From Craspedostauros australis (lineage: Eukaryota), in NCBI GenBank assembly GCA_030167865.1, contig JALAGF010003940.1, positions 1-64,000 on the forward strand: a DNA stretch of 64,000 nucleotides, in the 5' to 3' direction. Within the stretch, counting starts at the first letter, position 1, and each line of letters starts with the position of its first letter. Shown piece after piece: positions 1 through 12,300 of this stretch. The position numbers and the translations under genes were made by a program. The notes beneath the pieces are model-generated. The model saw only the letters and a program-made list of their open reading frames with translations, ran no database searches and was not told the DNA's origin.

Positions 1-3000
1 TCTGAAGATCGGCGCGGCTGCTCGGCCACGCCAACAGCTGCGTTTGGTTGATGACGCAAAACCTTCACGCGAGTTTTTCCATATTTGTGTGTCATCGCTC
101 CGTCGCTGTGGAGGTTTTCCAATCTTGCCATGGTCCCCGCAAGTAGACGCACGTTATCCACAGGAAGCGATTCGACAGGGATTCGCGCGTCTTCAAGCTG
201 TGGTGCTTTCGGGAAGCTGATGGATCGGCTCGAAACACAGTAAAGGCGATGCCGCCCAAGCTCTTCGTCCAGGATTTCGTTGTGCACATTGTTCATGTTC
301 AATTCAAGGTCCGCACACGACACCGCTCCGACATAGTCTTGGGATTGGTTGCAAATGGTGAAGATATCGAGGTCTTCGACCCGTAAGATCTGCTTACCAT
401 CTTTTTCCTCTTGTGTTATTTGGACACCAACACAAGACACGTATCCGTTGGCAAGGTTGCTGGTCCGAGTCGGAAGGGTTGCGATTGGCGGAAAGAACTG
501 CTTTGTGGCAGGCCCGTCCAACCTAGGCAGCTTGAAAGTCCTTGCTTTGACACGCTTCCGATCTTTCTTCACGTCCCTCAACACCTTGCGCATGTTGTTC
601 GATAGATCGTTGTCGATCGTCAAGATGGCTGTCTTCTGCCGAAGCTCGAGACGAAGCCGATCATTCACACGTTCGATCGCTCGTAGTTGGGGATCTCCCT
701 CATCGTTCGGCGTCAGCTTCAGCTTCTTGATGATAACTCTCGTATCCCTTTTCGTTGGATCCTCTACTTCCAAGTTGAAGTTAGACTTGTGGTGGTAGGA
801 ACCTTGGAGAGCTTGGGGGATGCTGTACGAAATTGGCACGAAGTGAGCAAGTTTCTCCCATACCTCTTGGATTCTTTCATTGACAAGCAGAGGTGTGCCT
901 TTGGGATGTTTCTCCGTTGTCTTGCCCAACCTGTCGGTGTAAATCTCCAGGTGTGTCTTCAGGATGTGTTGAAGGTTGAGATGGAGTCGTTCCTCAAGTT
1001 TGACTGTCATGGCAGCGGCAATGGCGCAGTTGATCAGCTGAGTTGACATCATCTCAATGGCGAAGGGTGTCGTCCCCGTGAAGGCTTCAATCGACATTGC
1101 AGCCTCGCGCCCTGACACCATGTAAAGTGACAAGAGCAACATTGCCTCGTCGACTTCGAAAGGCTTGGGGATTGAATTGGTCAAGACTGTCTTGTGTCCT
1201 GCCTTGGCATCTTCTTCGTTGGTAGTTGGTGTCACCAGACCAAACTTCGCGACGAGTAACCACATCAATATTTTCTTGCTGACCTTTCTCTCGTCGGTTC
1301 CACCTTTCGAAGACTTGGGATCAGTCTCGAAATTTTCGAATTCCAGGCCATAGTCGATGTCTGCAAACTTGCTTGTTGCGACTTCCGCTTCGAGCTCTTG
1401 GGGATGGAACGGTGATTGGTAGAGGAAGACAGCGATCGCCCTTGCTCCTGTCAGCATCATTTCGGATGGAGAATTCTCAAGCGTTCGCATCGAATTGCTT
1501 GCGATGAACGCATCAAAGACCCAGATCAAGAGTCTGGCCTCCTCATGTGGATACTTGGGAGAGAACGGGGTGGCGTTCATCTCCTTCAACAAGATCGATG
1601 TCATCCTCGAATTGTTGTTGACGATGGTATGAAGAAGAGGGAAGTTGTCGAAATCAGCATAGTTAGGGAGTGGATATCTTTTGGCATATGAATACGCATA
1701 GCAGCTGTATTCGTGACACAGGACGTTGTAGACATTCTTTTTGTGATTCGGATTTTCTGCGATCGTCTTGACGAGCTGGTAGTTGTCATGCTGAGATCCA
1801 ACAGCAATCCCGTACACACCCGTCCCTGCGATGGAGAAGACGACGTGGACTCGGAATAGGTCGTTGGGATTCTGCTTTGCCTCGCCACGCACACACCGGT
1901 TCATGAAGACTTTCCCCAGGCGCTCTCCAAAGCTCGTGTGGTGGCGAATAATGGACTGAGACATATCTTTGAGGAAGGATGCTTCATCGATGGCCACGAC
2001 CACTCTGATCACCTTCTTTGCTGCTTCGGTGAGCTGAACACGCGGGTTTTTTGCTCGATGGTATTTGTTCATCGTCTCGATGAAGTCGACAACTTTGTCA
2101 ATTGCTGCCTTCGATCGTGCGGCCGTTTGCACCATGGCCTCCTCGAGCACATTATACGCCGATCTCTTCCGAATCTCTGTCGCCACTTCGTGGACCGTTT
2201 TGGTTGCATCCGGCGCTTGGTTTGCAGCTTCCTCCATTCCGTCCGAAATGTCGTCATCGATCTTCAGTACCATCGTGAGAGCAGCCTTCCTGGTCACAGA
2301 GCTTGCTGCGATATCCACCGTCTTGCCTTTGCCGCTGCCCGAGTAGTACACAAGGACCAGATCGCTGCTTCCAGCTTCGTTCTCACCATCTGGAACATAG
2401 GCTGTCCCGAGGGCGTTGGTGTTGCCCTTGTGTCGAAAAGCCAGATCGCCGATGTAGAATGCCGAGAGCTTCTGGTTGTTGGCGTGGCATGGATCGCAGA
2501 ATAAGCGATGAAGATTGTCCCTGGAACTACTCGCATAAACTTGATCCAATTTGGTTGTTATGACCGGGAGCGGCGCGTCGAGCACGGCGTCGTTTATCTC
2601 GGAAAAGGGTCTGAGGGTGCAAACGATCTTCACATTATGGGGGTCGGTGAGCCATCGGTGCAGTGGATTGGAGGACTTCATCTCGACTACAAACCCAATA
2701 ACCTTGTTCCATAACGCCTTGGCGGCCCCCTCATCAGGGGGGTTCGTCATGACTTTGATTGTCTCCATCCTGGCGTCTTCGATGTCGTTGATGGTCTTTT
2801 TATCTGCTGCGCTGATGTCTTTGCTTGATTTGATCGCCGAAGTTATCATTTTTCGCACCTTGCGTAGCTTCAAGTCTCTGTCCCAGAATTTGGAGTCGTT
2901 GAAGAGTGGATCAAGCTTGATGGCACGGTAGATCGCCGCCAATATCTGCAACATCCACGCATTCTCGTCTTTAGACTTATCGAAGCGTTTTTTGTTACCC

Positions 3001-3239
3001 GAAGGATTCTTCGCGAACGTGAGTGCTTTGTTGAGCGCATCCTTGAATTTAGCATCTTTATCACACAGAGACCTCATCTCTTCCTCAAAGGCCTTGAATT
3101 TCATAGGTTTGGAGGTCTTCAGGACCTTCTCCCGCAAATCCATGAACCTTTCGTTCTCGGCATTAGTCTTCAGGAACCAGAACTCGGTGTATGGCACTTT
3201 CTCAGAGGCTCCGCCGGCCCTGATTGCACTGAATGACAT
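1..3239 (-). CDS. P-loop NTPase + degenerate PD-(D/E)xK nuclease-like protein (Crinkler/RHS-type-like); >1079 aa, 3' end runs off the window
   Basis: Hand translation from ATG at 3239 (MSFSAIRAGGASEKVPY...) is open to position 1, with an in-frame TGA just upstream at 3243-3245. It is absent from the ORF track because it has no stop in the window. Motifs: Walker A DLVLVYYSGSGKGKT, Walker B VVVAIDEA, VVFSIAGTG, VYNVLCHEY, NNNSRMTS, TTPFAIE, SNLANGYVS, TICNQSQDY, RLYCV. All are collinear with the 14508-17111 protein. Confidence 0.9.
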   Translation of the reverse strand, partial: MSFSAIRAGGASEKVPYTEFWFLKTNAENERFMDLREKVLKTSKPMKFKAFEEEMRSLCDKDAKFKDALNKALTFAKNPSGNKKRFDKSKDENAWMLQILAAIYRAIKLDPLFNDSKFWDRDLKLRKVRKMITSAIKSSKDISAADKKTINDIEDARMETIKVMTNPPDEGAAKALWNKVIGFVVEMKSSNPLHRWLTDPHNVKIVCTLRPFSEINDAVLDAPLPVITTKLDQVYASSSRDNLHRLFCDPCHANNQKLSAFYIGDLAFRHKGNTNALGTAYVPDGENEAGSSDLVLVYYSGSGKGKTVDIAASSVTRKAALTMVLKIDDDISDGMEEAANQAPDATKTVHEVATEIRKRSAYNVLEEAMVQTAARSKAAIDKVVDFIETMNKYHRAKNPRVQLTEAAKKVIRVVVAIDEASFLKDMSQSIIRHHTSFGERLGKVFMNRCVRGEAKQNPNDLFRVHVVFSIAGTGVYGIAVGSQHDNYQLVKTIAENPNHKKNVYNVLCHEYSCYAYSYAKRYPLPNYADFDNFPLLHTIVNNNSRMTSILLKEMNATPFSPKYPHEEARLLIWVFDAFIASNSMRTLENSPSEMMLTGARAIAVFLYQSPFHPQELEAEVATSKFADIDYGLEFENFETDPKSSKGGTDERKVSKKILMWLLVAKFGLVTPTTNEEDAKAGHKTVLTNSIPKPFEVDEAMLLLSLYMVSGREAAMSIEAFTGTTPFAIEMMSTQLINCAIAAAMTVKLEERLHLNLQHILKTHLEIYTDRLGKTTEKHPKGTPLLVNERIQEVWEKLAHFVPISYSIPQALQGSYHHKSNFNLEVEDPTKRDTRVIIKKLKLTPNDEGDPQLRAIERVNDRLRLELRQKTAILTIDNDLSNNMRKVLRDVKKDRKRVKARTFKLPRLDGPATKQFFPPIATLPTRTSNLANGYVSCVGVQITQEEKDGKQILRVEDLDIFTICNQSQDYVGAVSCADLELNMNNVHNEILDEELGRHRLYCVSSRSISFPKAPQLEDARIPVESLPVDNVRLLAGTMARLENLHSDGAMTHKYGKTRVKVLRHQPNAAVGVAEQPRRSS

Positions 3240-6200
3240 CTTTCAGGATGGCTTACTTGTATGGCAGGTATTGTTCGTCTGGAGTTGTTTGTTGGTGGTG
3301 GTGATGGTGATGGTGGTGGCGATGGCAGTGTTTGATGGGCGAGTGATGGCCTCACTTCCTGTGGTTGCTCGCACCTGCGTTTCGGGTTTGCCGTTTGTGC
3401 AGATTATGAGTTGATGATTGAAATGAGTGTGCCTATGATTACGTCCTCCATGCTTGTTCGATTGTGGTATGGTGCACCCCTCTTTCCGTTCGCATTCGTA
3501 CTCGTGCTCAGACCATACGCATGGTTGTGTTTGATTCCTTCGCATCAAAGCCTGATGTTGAGAGGATCACAACAAAACCCCAACTCCTCTTGAGGTCGGG
3601 ACACTTGGGTGGTCCATCATTGATGCGGTTGGTCAGAGCGGAGATGTGTGTCTCATAATCTGGTCTTGACGCAACTTGGGTGCTGAACGGCATGGGTGAT
3701 GCGGCCATCACAAACGGCTTAATGCGCCTTCAGTATTCGCACCCTCGCGCAGGGAAGGCCACGTTGATGACAAGAACTGTTCCATCCATCGTTGCCTATC
3801 ATCGTCGTCTCCTTCATCGCGTTCATCTCATGTCATGTCATGTGGTGCCGTTGCGTTGGCCACCAACCTCCAAACCTCTCCTTCGTTGATGGCAACGATG
3901 CTGATCACCAAACGATGTCGAAACAAGTTCGTCAGAATCGACGAATTGACACCATTGTGAAACACGATTGGAATCCACTCCCGTGACTGAACCTATCTTC
4001 GATGATCTTTCGGAAACCAAACAAAATACGAAGAAACACGACGATGGCATCATCATCACACAAAGCGACAGATCCGTTGATGAACGGAACAAGATGGGAT
4101 GGCAAATGGATGGAATGGCAAATGAGGGAAGCAGCATGCGCGAGCCAACGAACTTAGTGGTTGCAACACAGAGTCGCACGCAGTTCAAGCCCAAATCCAA
4201 GTTCAACCCGATGTGGCCAAACATTTCGCCATGATATACGATCGCATTCGCTGCTGTTGATTCCATTGGCCCCTCTTGGATGGTGTACTAGTCCATACTC
4301 GGCAAGCAACGCGTTGCCTTCATGAGAGACACTCGTTCCGGCGCGGTCCAAAGGCGAGACAGCGCCATTGACATCACTCCACTCCTCAACGATCGTCGAC
4401 ACGCACCATACCATACTGCAAGCATCACGCATCCTGCCCTGGACGAATGAAAGAGGCACCCGTAACAAACGCTATGAACGGGCAAACTGTGAAACGAGGG
4501 CCACTTTTGCCGTTCATTTCAACCGACTCCACTCCTCCAGGTTATCTATTATACGATCTATTCGGACATTCATTTGCGCGATGTGATATGCTGTGGCCGC
4601 CGTTGTCCTCTCACAAGTCGGACGGCTGGCTGTCCCTGTCTGAGTCTGCTCTTGTCTCAACAGGCAGAACCATAATGTTCGCGACGCCGTGTTGATGAGC
4701 GCTCGCGTGTGCGCTGCGCCGTTCATCAAGTAGAGACATTGAGCCTGCCAATAAAGCCGCATCACCAACCGAGAGCGAGGCAAAATGATGTTATCAATGT
4801 CGCTTTGGGGAAGTTGAGTGATTGACTCGAAACGCAGCACAACCAATTCTCATCGTGGGATTGATGCAACACTTGCACGAGCAGAGTGCGGTGGAGCAGA
4901 GTGGCGTGGCGTCTAGAACCACGGTCGTGAGTAGACGAGCGCAGTTCTTCAAGCACTCACATCCACGAAAAACGCTTATCGTGTGGTATCGCGCGTGAAC
5001 CCTATCGTGGCTGGCCCGATGACGAGCACACCGAAATCGCCTCTTTCAGCCACGATTGGGCAGGTGCAGCCACACCTTCGGTCTCTCGGGATCGAAAGAT
5101 CATGCAAAAGCAGACTGACAAAGTGGTCGAGCCCCAGCGCCAGAAATTGTGGTTGTTGCGCAATGTGCTGAACAACCGAGACCGTATCTCCAGCCACAGC
5201 TTCTTGAATCTGTTCTGCGGATGCCCCAGATGCATGTAACTCCCACGCTTCGATCAGTTCATCGTCGTCTGCTCCGCCGTCCTTCTTCTGCAATGTCCAA
5301 CACACAAGTCCACTGTCCAACATCCGATATTTGTCGCCCGATGCCATCCAACGCATCCGCATCACACCAACGCGCAAGCGATGTGTTGGCAGGTTGGTGG
5401 GTGGTGAGGTCATGTTGACATGTCCATTATTGGCGATGGGCTCTCGTATTCGCCTCGCTTCACGTCTCGGCTGATATCCACGACTCAAAATCTCTAGTTT
5501 TTCGTCGACCAGATCGACCAATGTCGCCACAACATGGACGTCCGCCACCAAGAAACGAAACTTTGCGAAAAGAGGCACCAAAATTGAGACAAGAATGAGT
5601 GGTGAATGCATTGGTACCGAACGACCAGTGGCAGAGTGCAAAGATGGGAGGACAACCAGAAAACCCTTATCTGTACGACTACGTGAAGAGACCAGCCTGG
5701 CGGGAGCCGATCACAACCGCGAGAATGACCAAGTGGGCAGCAGATGATGCCTGCTTTGTTGCAGTCGAAACCTCCACTCTTCCGCCTCAGGACAAAGAAA
5801 CCGCGGTTCTGCTTTCTTATCAGACACTCGAGGTCCTTGACCCTCCGCTAACTTCGATGCGGCATTTGTGGTCTTGGATTGGAACGCCCAATGCCCTGTG
5901 TGAAGTCCTCTCCAGACAGACAAGTCGATGGTGCTGGAATCTCCGGAGTACCTCTCTATGAATACCTCTACACATGCCCATGCCTCCATCACTTGCGCTT
6001 GAATTCATGGGCGCGAACACATACCCGCGGACACAGGAATTACTTCTCTCGATCCAATGCCACAGCCAACCAATCTCCAGCGAACTAAAGCCCACGAAGT
6101 CCCTTCTCCGCCAAGACAGGAAGGGGAGAGGACTCATTCATCAACAATCTCTCTGGAGAGAGGGGGCAATGATCGCATGCAATGATCGCATGCAATGGTA

Positions 6201-7640
6201 GCAAGCCATGGTGGTAGAAGCTGTGGTAGCGGTGCCATGGCCTCGTTTCTCCGCACGCCGTTTGCTCCGAGGAGCTCCTGCCTTGCGCTCGTGGATCATG
6301 TTGCACGATCGTCTGCTAACTCGCCCACCCAGCGAGACGAGGGACTCTTTCCGTGGTTCGCTGTTGTTGTCAAATTACCGACCATGGAAACTCTTACAAA
6401 TACGGGGCGGGACTTGCTATGTGATTCAGTGCGCAAAACCCGAGGCAATTATTCACGCACGTGCACCCGATCATCCATTCATTCATCCCTTCGCCCGCCC
6501 TGTTCGCCTCATCGTTTTCCCCCGCACCGCACGAGGGACTGGCCAGTTTTTTGTTCCAAGTGCCGATCGTTTGGCAGCACCAGCAATCTTGGGAATGTGT
6601 GCTATCCGATTCGCATCGGTGCAGAGTAGTGGATTGAAGAAATGACGGTATTGTGTTTTCGCCTCAGCGTGGAGTATCATTTGGTACCTTCATTGACATT
6701 TTTTGTGATGAAATCTCAGCACGCCCGGCGCGTCATGTTCTCATTTTTAGCAAAACGGTGACACCTCCATCACCATACAACACACAGAAGTGAAGCGCCT
6801 CATTAAATTCCACTTGGACGCTGTCCCAGAGAAAGTGTCATCTCGTGCAATGAACTGTTGTGCTTGGTCTTGCCAACAACCACCTTCCTTTCGCTGATCC
6901 GCTGTACTTGTTTGTCTCCTCCGCTTCGCAGAATGGTTGATTGGCAAAATCGTTCGCCACTCCGAACCTCAACAACTCCAGCGCCAGCAAGGGTCACCCA
7001 CGCGCGTGCAAGCATTGGTGCTCGTAGTTGTGTGGTGGTTACATGAGCCAACAGCACAAGAGATGCAACGCAAATGTCACAAAGCGAAGTCGGTGAGGTG
7101 TTGGAGTGATACGGTTATTGCGGTTAGAGCAACACGAACGACACGAACGAAACGAACGACAAAGAGAGCATTGAACCTCCTCCACTCGCACGCCTCTCCA
7201 CTCGTGTCATCGGCCGCCGCGGGTTGCTCACCTTCGTGGGATCGCGAGCGCGGTGTCATCGAGACCTGAGCATCTGTCCACCACTTCTCTCTCTGTCTGA
7301 TTCCTGTTTCGTTCACAGTGCACTCGTGTCTCTGGCACTGGGCAAGACTACACGTACAAGGTACTACTATTGGTGCCCCCTTGCTCACCAATCCCCATTC
7401 TGGAACGTCTGATCGTCTCAAGACGAAACATCACGACGAAGGGAGCATCAATCATTTGTTGACACCAATGCAATCACAAAACGAGAATCCTTGCCACCGC
7501 ACCAACAGCGAAACGACGAAGGCACGCAGTGTCACACGAGTACGAGTACGAACACAAGAACAACCAAACAACGAAGAAGAAAGCAAAGCCCTCGATACAT
7601 CACAGCGCAATACAGCGCAACGCAACGAAATACCCGTACC

Positions 7641-8903
7641 ATGCAGAGCACTCTCCAGTACACGGCAACAATGAACCGCAAGGACAGTTTCAGCATGATT
7701 GATGGGTGTGAGGTCAGCTTCGGTGCAGCGAAAAACGCACAAGCGTGTTCGCCTCGGTTGCTATTCATGACAACACCTCAGCCATTAACATCTGCTCCTG
7801 ACATCCAAACACGGCGCCACCACGACAACATGGGCATGTTGAACGAAACAAGGCTGCAAATGAACCAGCAGCCGCTTCCTCGCTTTCCGAGGCTGCTGCA
7901 CCGCAGTGGTCCGCCCAGAGAGGTCGCACAGGCACCCTTCATTTCAACGCCATCATCCATGCCAACACCAGCACTAACACCTTCACGCTCATCTACGGTC
8001 TCATCCGCACAACCACCTGCAAGTATCAGCATCACCAGCCCCGCGGGCGTTGACCGCATTTGCGACTTCTGCGAAACAAACATGGACGCATCCGCGGACA
8101 TGGATCCTGCACTCCTGATGCCCGCACTCGGCCCTGCACCTGAACAGCGCTCGAGACCAGCAACCCCGCCACCGCCATTGATAGCATCGGTATCATTGTC
8201 CAATGATTCGCCCCAACATCCATCGCCAGTTTTCACGAGCAGTTACTCATCACCAAGTTCCACCCCAACGGTCAGCTTTCAGCAATGTCAAGAATCAGCG
8301 CCTATGCCAAGGTCCAATCGGCTGCACGGGAATGCAAGCATCCAGTATCCAACACAGATAGTCGCACCCGTTGCTTTGTACCCGAGGAATGGAGCAACGC
8401 CAGCACCAGCATCATCATCATCATTGTCCGTATCGACATCGATGTCCTATCATCCTCATCACCGACAAACGTCGTACGAGTATAGACATCCGGCAGGACT
8501 ACACAAGTCTTCTCGAACATCCACCGCTTCGCATAACAACGGTGCTGCTGTGAAGGTGCAGACTGTCCGCCCAGCTCCGCCGTTGCCGATGTTTGCTCCC
8601 ATACCATCAGCACATCCAGTGGAACCATTGTCGACAGCATCTTACAGGACGGAGCGGAAGCTTCAACCCAAGGACGTTCCCATCCTCAAGCTATCGATGC
8701 GACCGACTGCTTTTCCCTTGTGCGATTACAACGGTTCAGCATCCTTGTCGGCGGTGAGATACGGATACGATTGCTGTCGAGGTGATCTTCATCGATCACT
8801 CCACGGACATCTGTATTCGCACTCAGATTCGCAAGGAATCACATCCACAATGGCGCAGAGCTTCGAAGACCTTCCCCCAGCCGTCTTCATGCCAACGTTA
8901 TGA
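7641..8903 (+). CDS. Ser/Pro-rich hypothetical protein, probably disordered
   Basis: Long ORF (7491-8903) with a likely ATG at 7641 after a CA-rich leader. Low complexity, no recognisable domain. Confidence 0.55.
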   Translation: MQSTLQYTATMNRKDSFSMIDGCEVSFGAAKNAQACSPRLLFMTTPQPLTSAPDIQTRRHHDNMGMLNETRLQMNQQPLPRFPRLLHRSGPPREVAQAPFISTPSSMPTPALTPSRSSTVSSAQPPASISITSPAGVDRICDFCETNMDASADMDPALLMPALGPAPEQRSRPATPPPPLIASVSLSNDSPQHPSPVFTSSYSSPSSTPTVSFQQCQESAPMPRSNRLHGNASIQYPTQIVAPVALYPRNGATPAPASSSSLSVSTSMSYHPHHRQTSYEYRHPAGLHKSSRTSTASHNNGAAVKVQTVRPAPPLPMFAPIPSAHPVEPLSTASYRTERKLQPKDVPILKLSMRPTAFPLCDYNGSASLSAVRYGYDCCRGDLHRSLHGHLYSHSDSQGITSTMAQSFEDLPPAVFMPTL

Positions 8904-9318
8904 ACAAGCTCAAGCCAAGCACGCATCGCATCGTATCAAGCAGCAGCAGAAGTTTCCTTCGTCTCTGCGGGAGACAGGTGGAGATGCATCTGCATATCAC
9001 CATGTTCGGAACATGCTTCAAGTTGTGATTCATACTGATAGTATCATAGTATCCGTAAGAGTGTAGCCATACATATCATTGACAGTGTACTTTGCATTGT
9101 GTATTATGAGTTATGGATTTTGTGCATATCAGCCGAGCACTTACTCTTCTTTCGCTTCACGGAAGGGGAGGATCGTACGAACACAGTCCCGATCGCCATT
9201 GTGGTTGCAACGCGCGAGGTACAATGTGAATCCAAGGAAACTTCTTCCTTCACTCAGTAAGACTGTCATATTCGTCAACCGCACCCTTCATCTTTGGCCT
9301 GATACAGAGCTTGCCTTT

Positions 9319-12300
9319 CTAGAACCGATTCACGGCGATGAGAGTGATCTTGCGTTCCCGCTGTCTGGACTTCTTTGCGAGCATGCGGGTGAGCGCAGCC
9401 GCAGTCATAGACCGCGTGTCCTCGTCATCCAATGAGACGATCAAGTCGCCTCGGTTGATGAGACCAAGAACGGGGGATGTGGACTTGATGGAGTGCACCG
9501 CTGGGCCGTATTTGGTGGTGTCGACGACAATCCCGATGGGACCAGATGGTGCGAAGATGTCGTACAGGTTCTCCTGGTGTGACAGCGAGGCTGGGACAAT
9601 GTCCTCGCCTGCCTGCTCCTGTTGCTGCTCCTGTTGCCGTAGCTGTTGCTGGTACTGACGGTATCTGCTTCCGCTGGCGTTGCTGCTGTGGTCCGAACCA
9701 CCTCGAGATTCCCGGTTCTTGCTCTGCGCGTCGCCTCCTGCGACATTTAGCTTGTCGTGCTTGTAGTACTTCTTCTCATGATCGTTCATCGGGCGAGCAC
9801 CGAGAGAAAAGGTGGACCGCGCTTCTTCCGACAGTCGTGGTGATGGATTTGCGGCGCCGTGGCGATCTGGCTGACTGTCACTATTTCTACTGTACCGATT
9901 GTTGTGGCTGGTGCTGTTGCTTGCACCGCCGTTGCTATTGCTGTGGGTGTGGGTGTTGGAGCGGGTGCCGTACGTGTCGCTGTTGTAGTTATGGGTGTTG
10001 CGGTTGTTGTAGTCGTGGCCGTTGTAGTTGTGGCTGCCAGTATTGTTTCCGGTTTGGAATGCGTACTGAGCATATCCGGATCTGCCACCGTCGTATTCAC
10101 TGTCATCTTCGCTGGCGCTGCTGCTGCTGATGTAGCTGATGCGAGTACTGGCGTATGCTGGCGTCTCCCGTTGACGTTGGCGTTGCGGCTGGTCTCGCTT
10201 CCGCTGTCTTGTGGGATGTTGATAAGCGATGCTTGGTTGTTCTTGATTGTTGAAGTTGTGGAACGAGGACGGCCGTCGGCCTCCCGTGACAGAGCTCGGT
10301 GGGTTTGCGTTGGTGCTGAAGTATGAACTCTTTTCGAACATGGAGGACATGGGTGTGTCTGGCTCCATCGTCGGCATGGTTTGGGTTCTAGAGGCAGCAT
10401 CCATCGTCTTTGCTGGTTTGGACTGAACGACTGAGAGTCCGCCCATCGCCGTCTCTTCCCAATTGCCCAGACGAGGTTCCTTGGCGATCTCTAGGCTGAA
10501 ATCGGATCGGCGGCTGCCAAATTCTTCAACGTCGTTGCGATTGTCGTCATCGTCCCAGCCGACTTCGGTCGCCGTGTCGAACAATGGGCGTTGATTCCAC
10601 TTGGCGGGACTTTGAGGTTGGCGCTGCTGTTGCTGCTGCGTTGCCGTTGCAGTTGCAGACGATCCATACTGTTTGGTACCACGATTCTTTTCGTCGACGC
10701 TTGGGGCCTGCTGTTCGTGCTTGTTCATACTTGGACGGTGCGGATGAGTCCGCGGGTAAAGGCTGGAGCCAGAGCTTGCCTCGCTCTTAGTGCCTTGCTT
10801 CACGTTCACCTTCTGTTGTTGCTGCTGTTGCTGCTGCTTTTGCTTTGCTTGCCAGTAGCTCGAGGTGGTTTCAGACCCAATGGCATTCACCTTCGTTGCA
10901 CCGTGCATCGCGCTGTGCTGGGACAGTGCGGCTTCGGACATGTGCACATATTGCTTTCTGCCATTGGACGATCCGTTGCGGTGGGTCTGCTTGCTGTTCG
11001 TATTGCCACCGCTACTGCCGTTGTCATCACGACGGCTTGTGTTTGTGGGCTTAGTCGATTCGTTCGCGCCGACGCCCTCGGCGTTGTTGGCGTTGGAGAA
11101 CATGCCGAAGAAGCTGTTGGCCGTGCTGTTTACGACACTTCCAAGCGGCGTGTTGGCAAATGCCTTTGGGACGAAAGAGACGGACTCGGACTGTGTCGTC
11201 GTTGATGTTGTTGCTGCTGCTGCTGCTCTGTTTGCGGGAGAGCGACGCTTGTTGCCGTTGCCACTACTCTTGTTGTTGAAGTATTGGGCGTCATCGTCCT
11301 CCTCGTCGTCATCGCCGTCTTTGTTTTCGCCGTACCGATCGCTGCTGGTTCGTCGTTTGTTCTTGTTCGAGAGCAGCTGGACGCCATCGTTGTTCCCTGA
11401 GTCTTCTGAGTCTTGACTGCCGATGCCATGGCCATCTTGGCGAGGGAAGTAGGGTGGCGCAAAGTCTGCGTCCGGGTCCAGCGAATGTCTTCCTGCCTTG
11501 TTCAAGGCGGCGAAGTTCATCGAGTCCATGTGCTGGGGAGGGTCATTGTTGCTCTCGGTATCAAAGCCATCCACGCTGCCTCTGCCGAATCTTGGCGTCA
11601 TCCATTTCTTGTTCATCTTGATCTTGTTGCTTTCGTTGGTGTTGTTGCTTGCGTGGACGTTGCTGTTGACATTGTTGTTGACGTTGCTGTTGATATTGCC
11701 GCCCATGTGACCACCATGAGCGTTGTTGGCGTCGTGGATGCCGTATTGCTCGTTGGATCCCATGGAGAGGACGCTCGGCGAGACGGACTTGCGCTTTGCT
11801 TCGGATCCGCAAACGCTCATGCCGTGGATGGGATCGTCCTTGCTCGATGCATCGCCATTCTCGATCTGCAGCTGCAGCGGTTCTGGTGGCGTGTCAATGG
11901 TCTCGTGGACATCATCGAACGGGATGAGTCCATCTCCGCTGCCTTCCTCCGAGCTGGATTCGCTTCTAGTCGCCTGGTTGAATGGCTCCCAGCCGATCTC
12001 CTTCGTCTTGCGTCGTAGTCGCTTCTTGATGGCGTAGTACGATGCAAGCGCTGCCACCAGCAAGGCGAAGAAGGAGCAAACCAATGCGAGCGCCACCTTG
12101 AGCGTCTCGCTGGAATCTCCTTGTTGTACGCTAGCCTTGGGATTATCGTCTTCGTTGAGATGCTCGAAGGTCGTATCAATTTGGGACAGACGTTGCGTGT
12201 ATGCTGCCCAGTTGTTTTCAAACGTCTTCGTCAGGTAGTCCTCGAAGGAAAAGTGCTTCGGAGCGACGCCACGTACAACATCACCGACAACCCGCACGAA

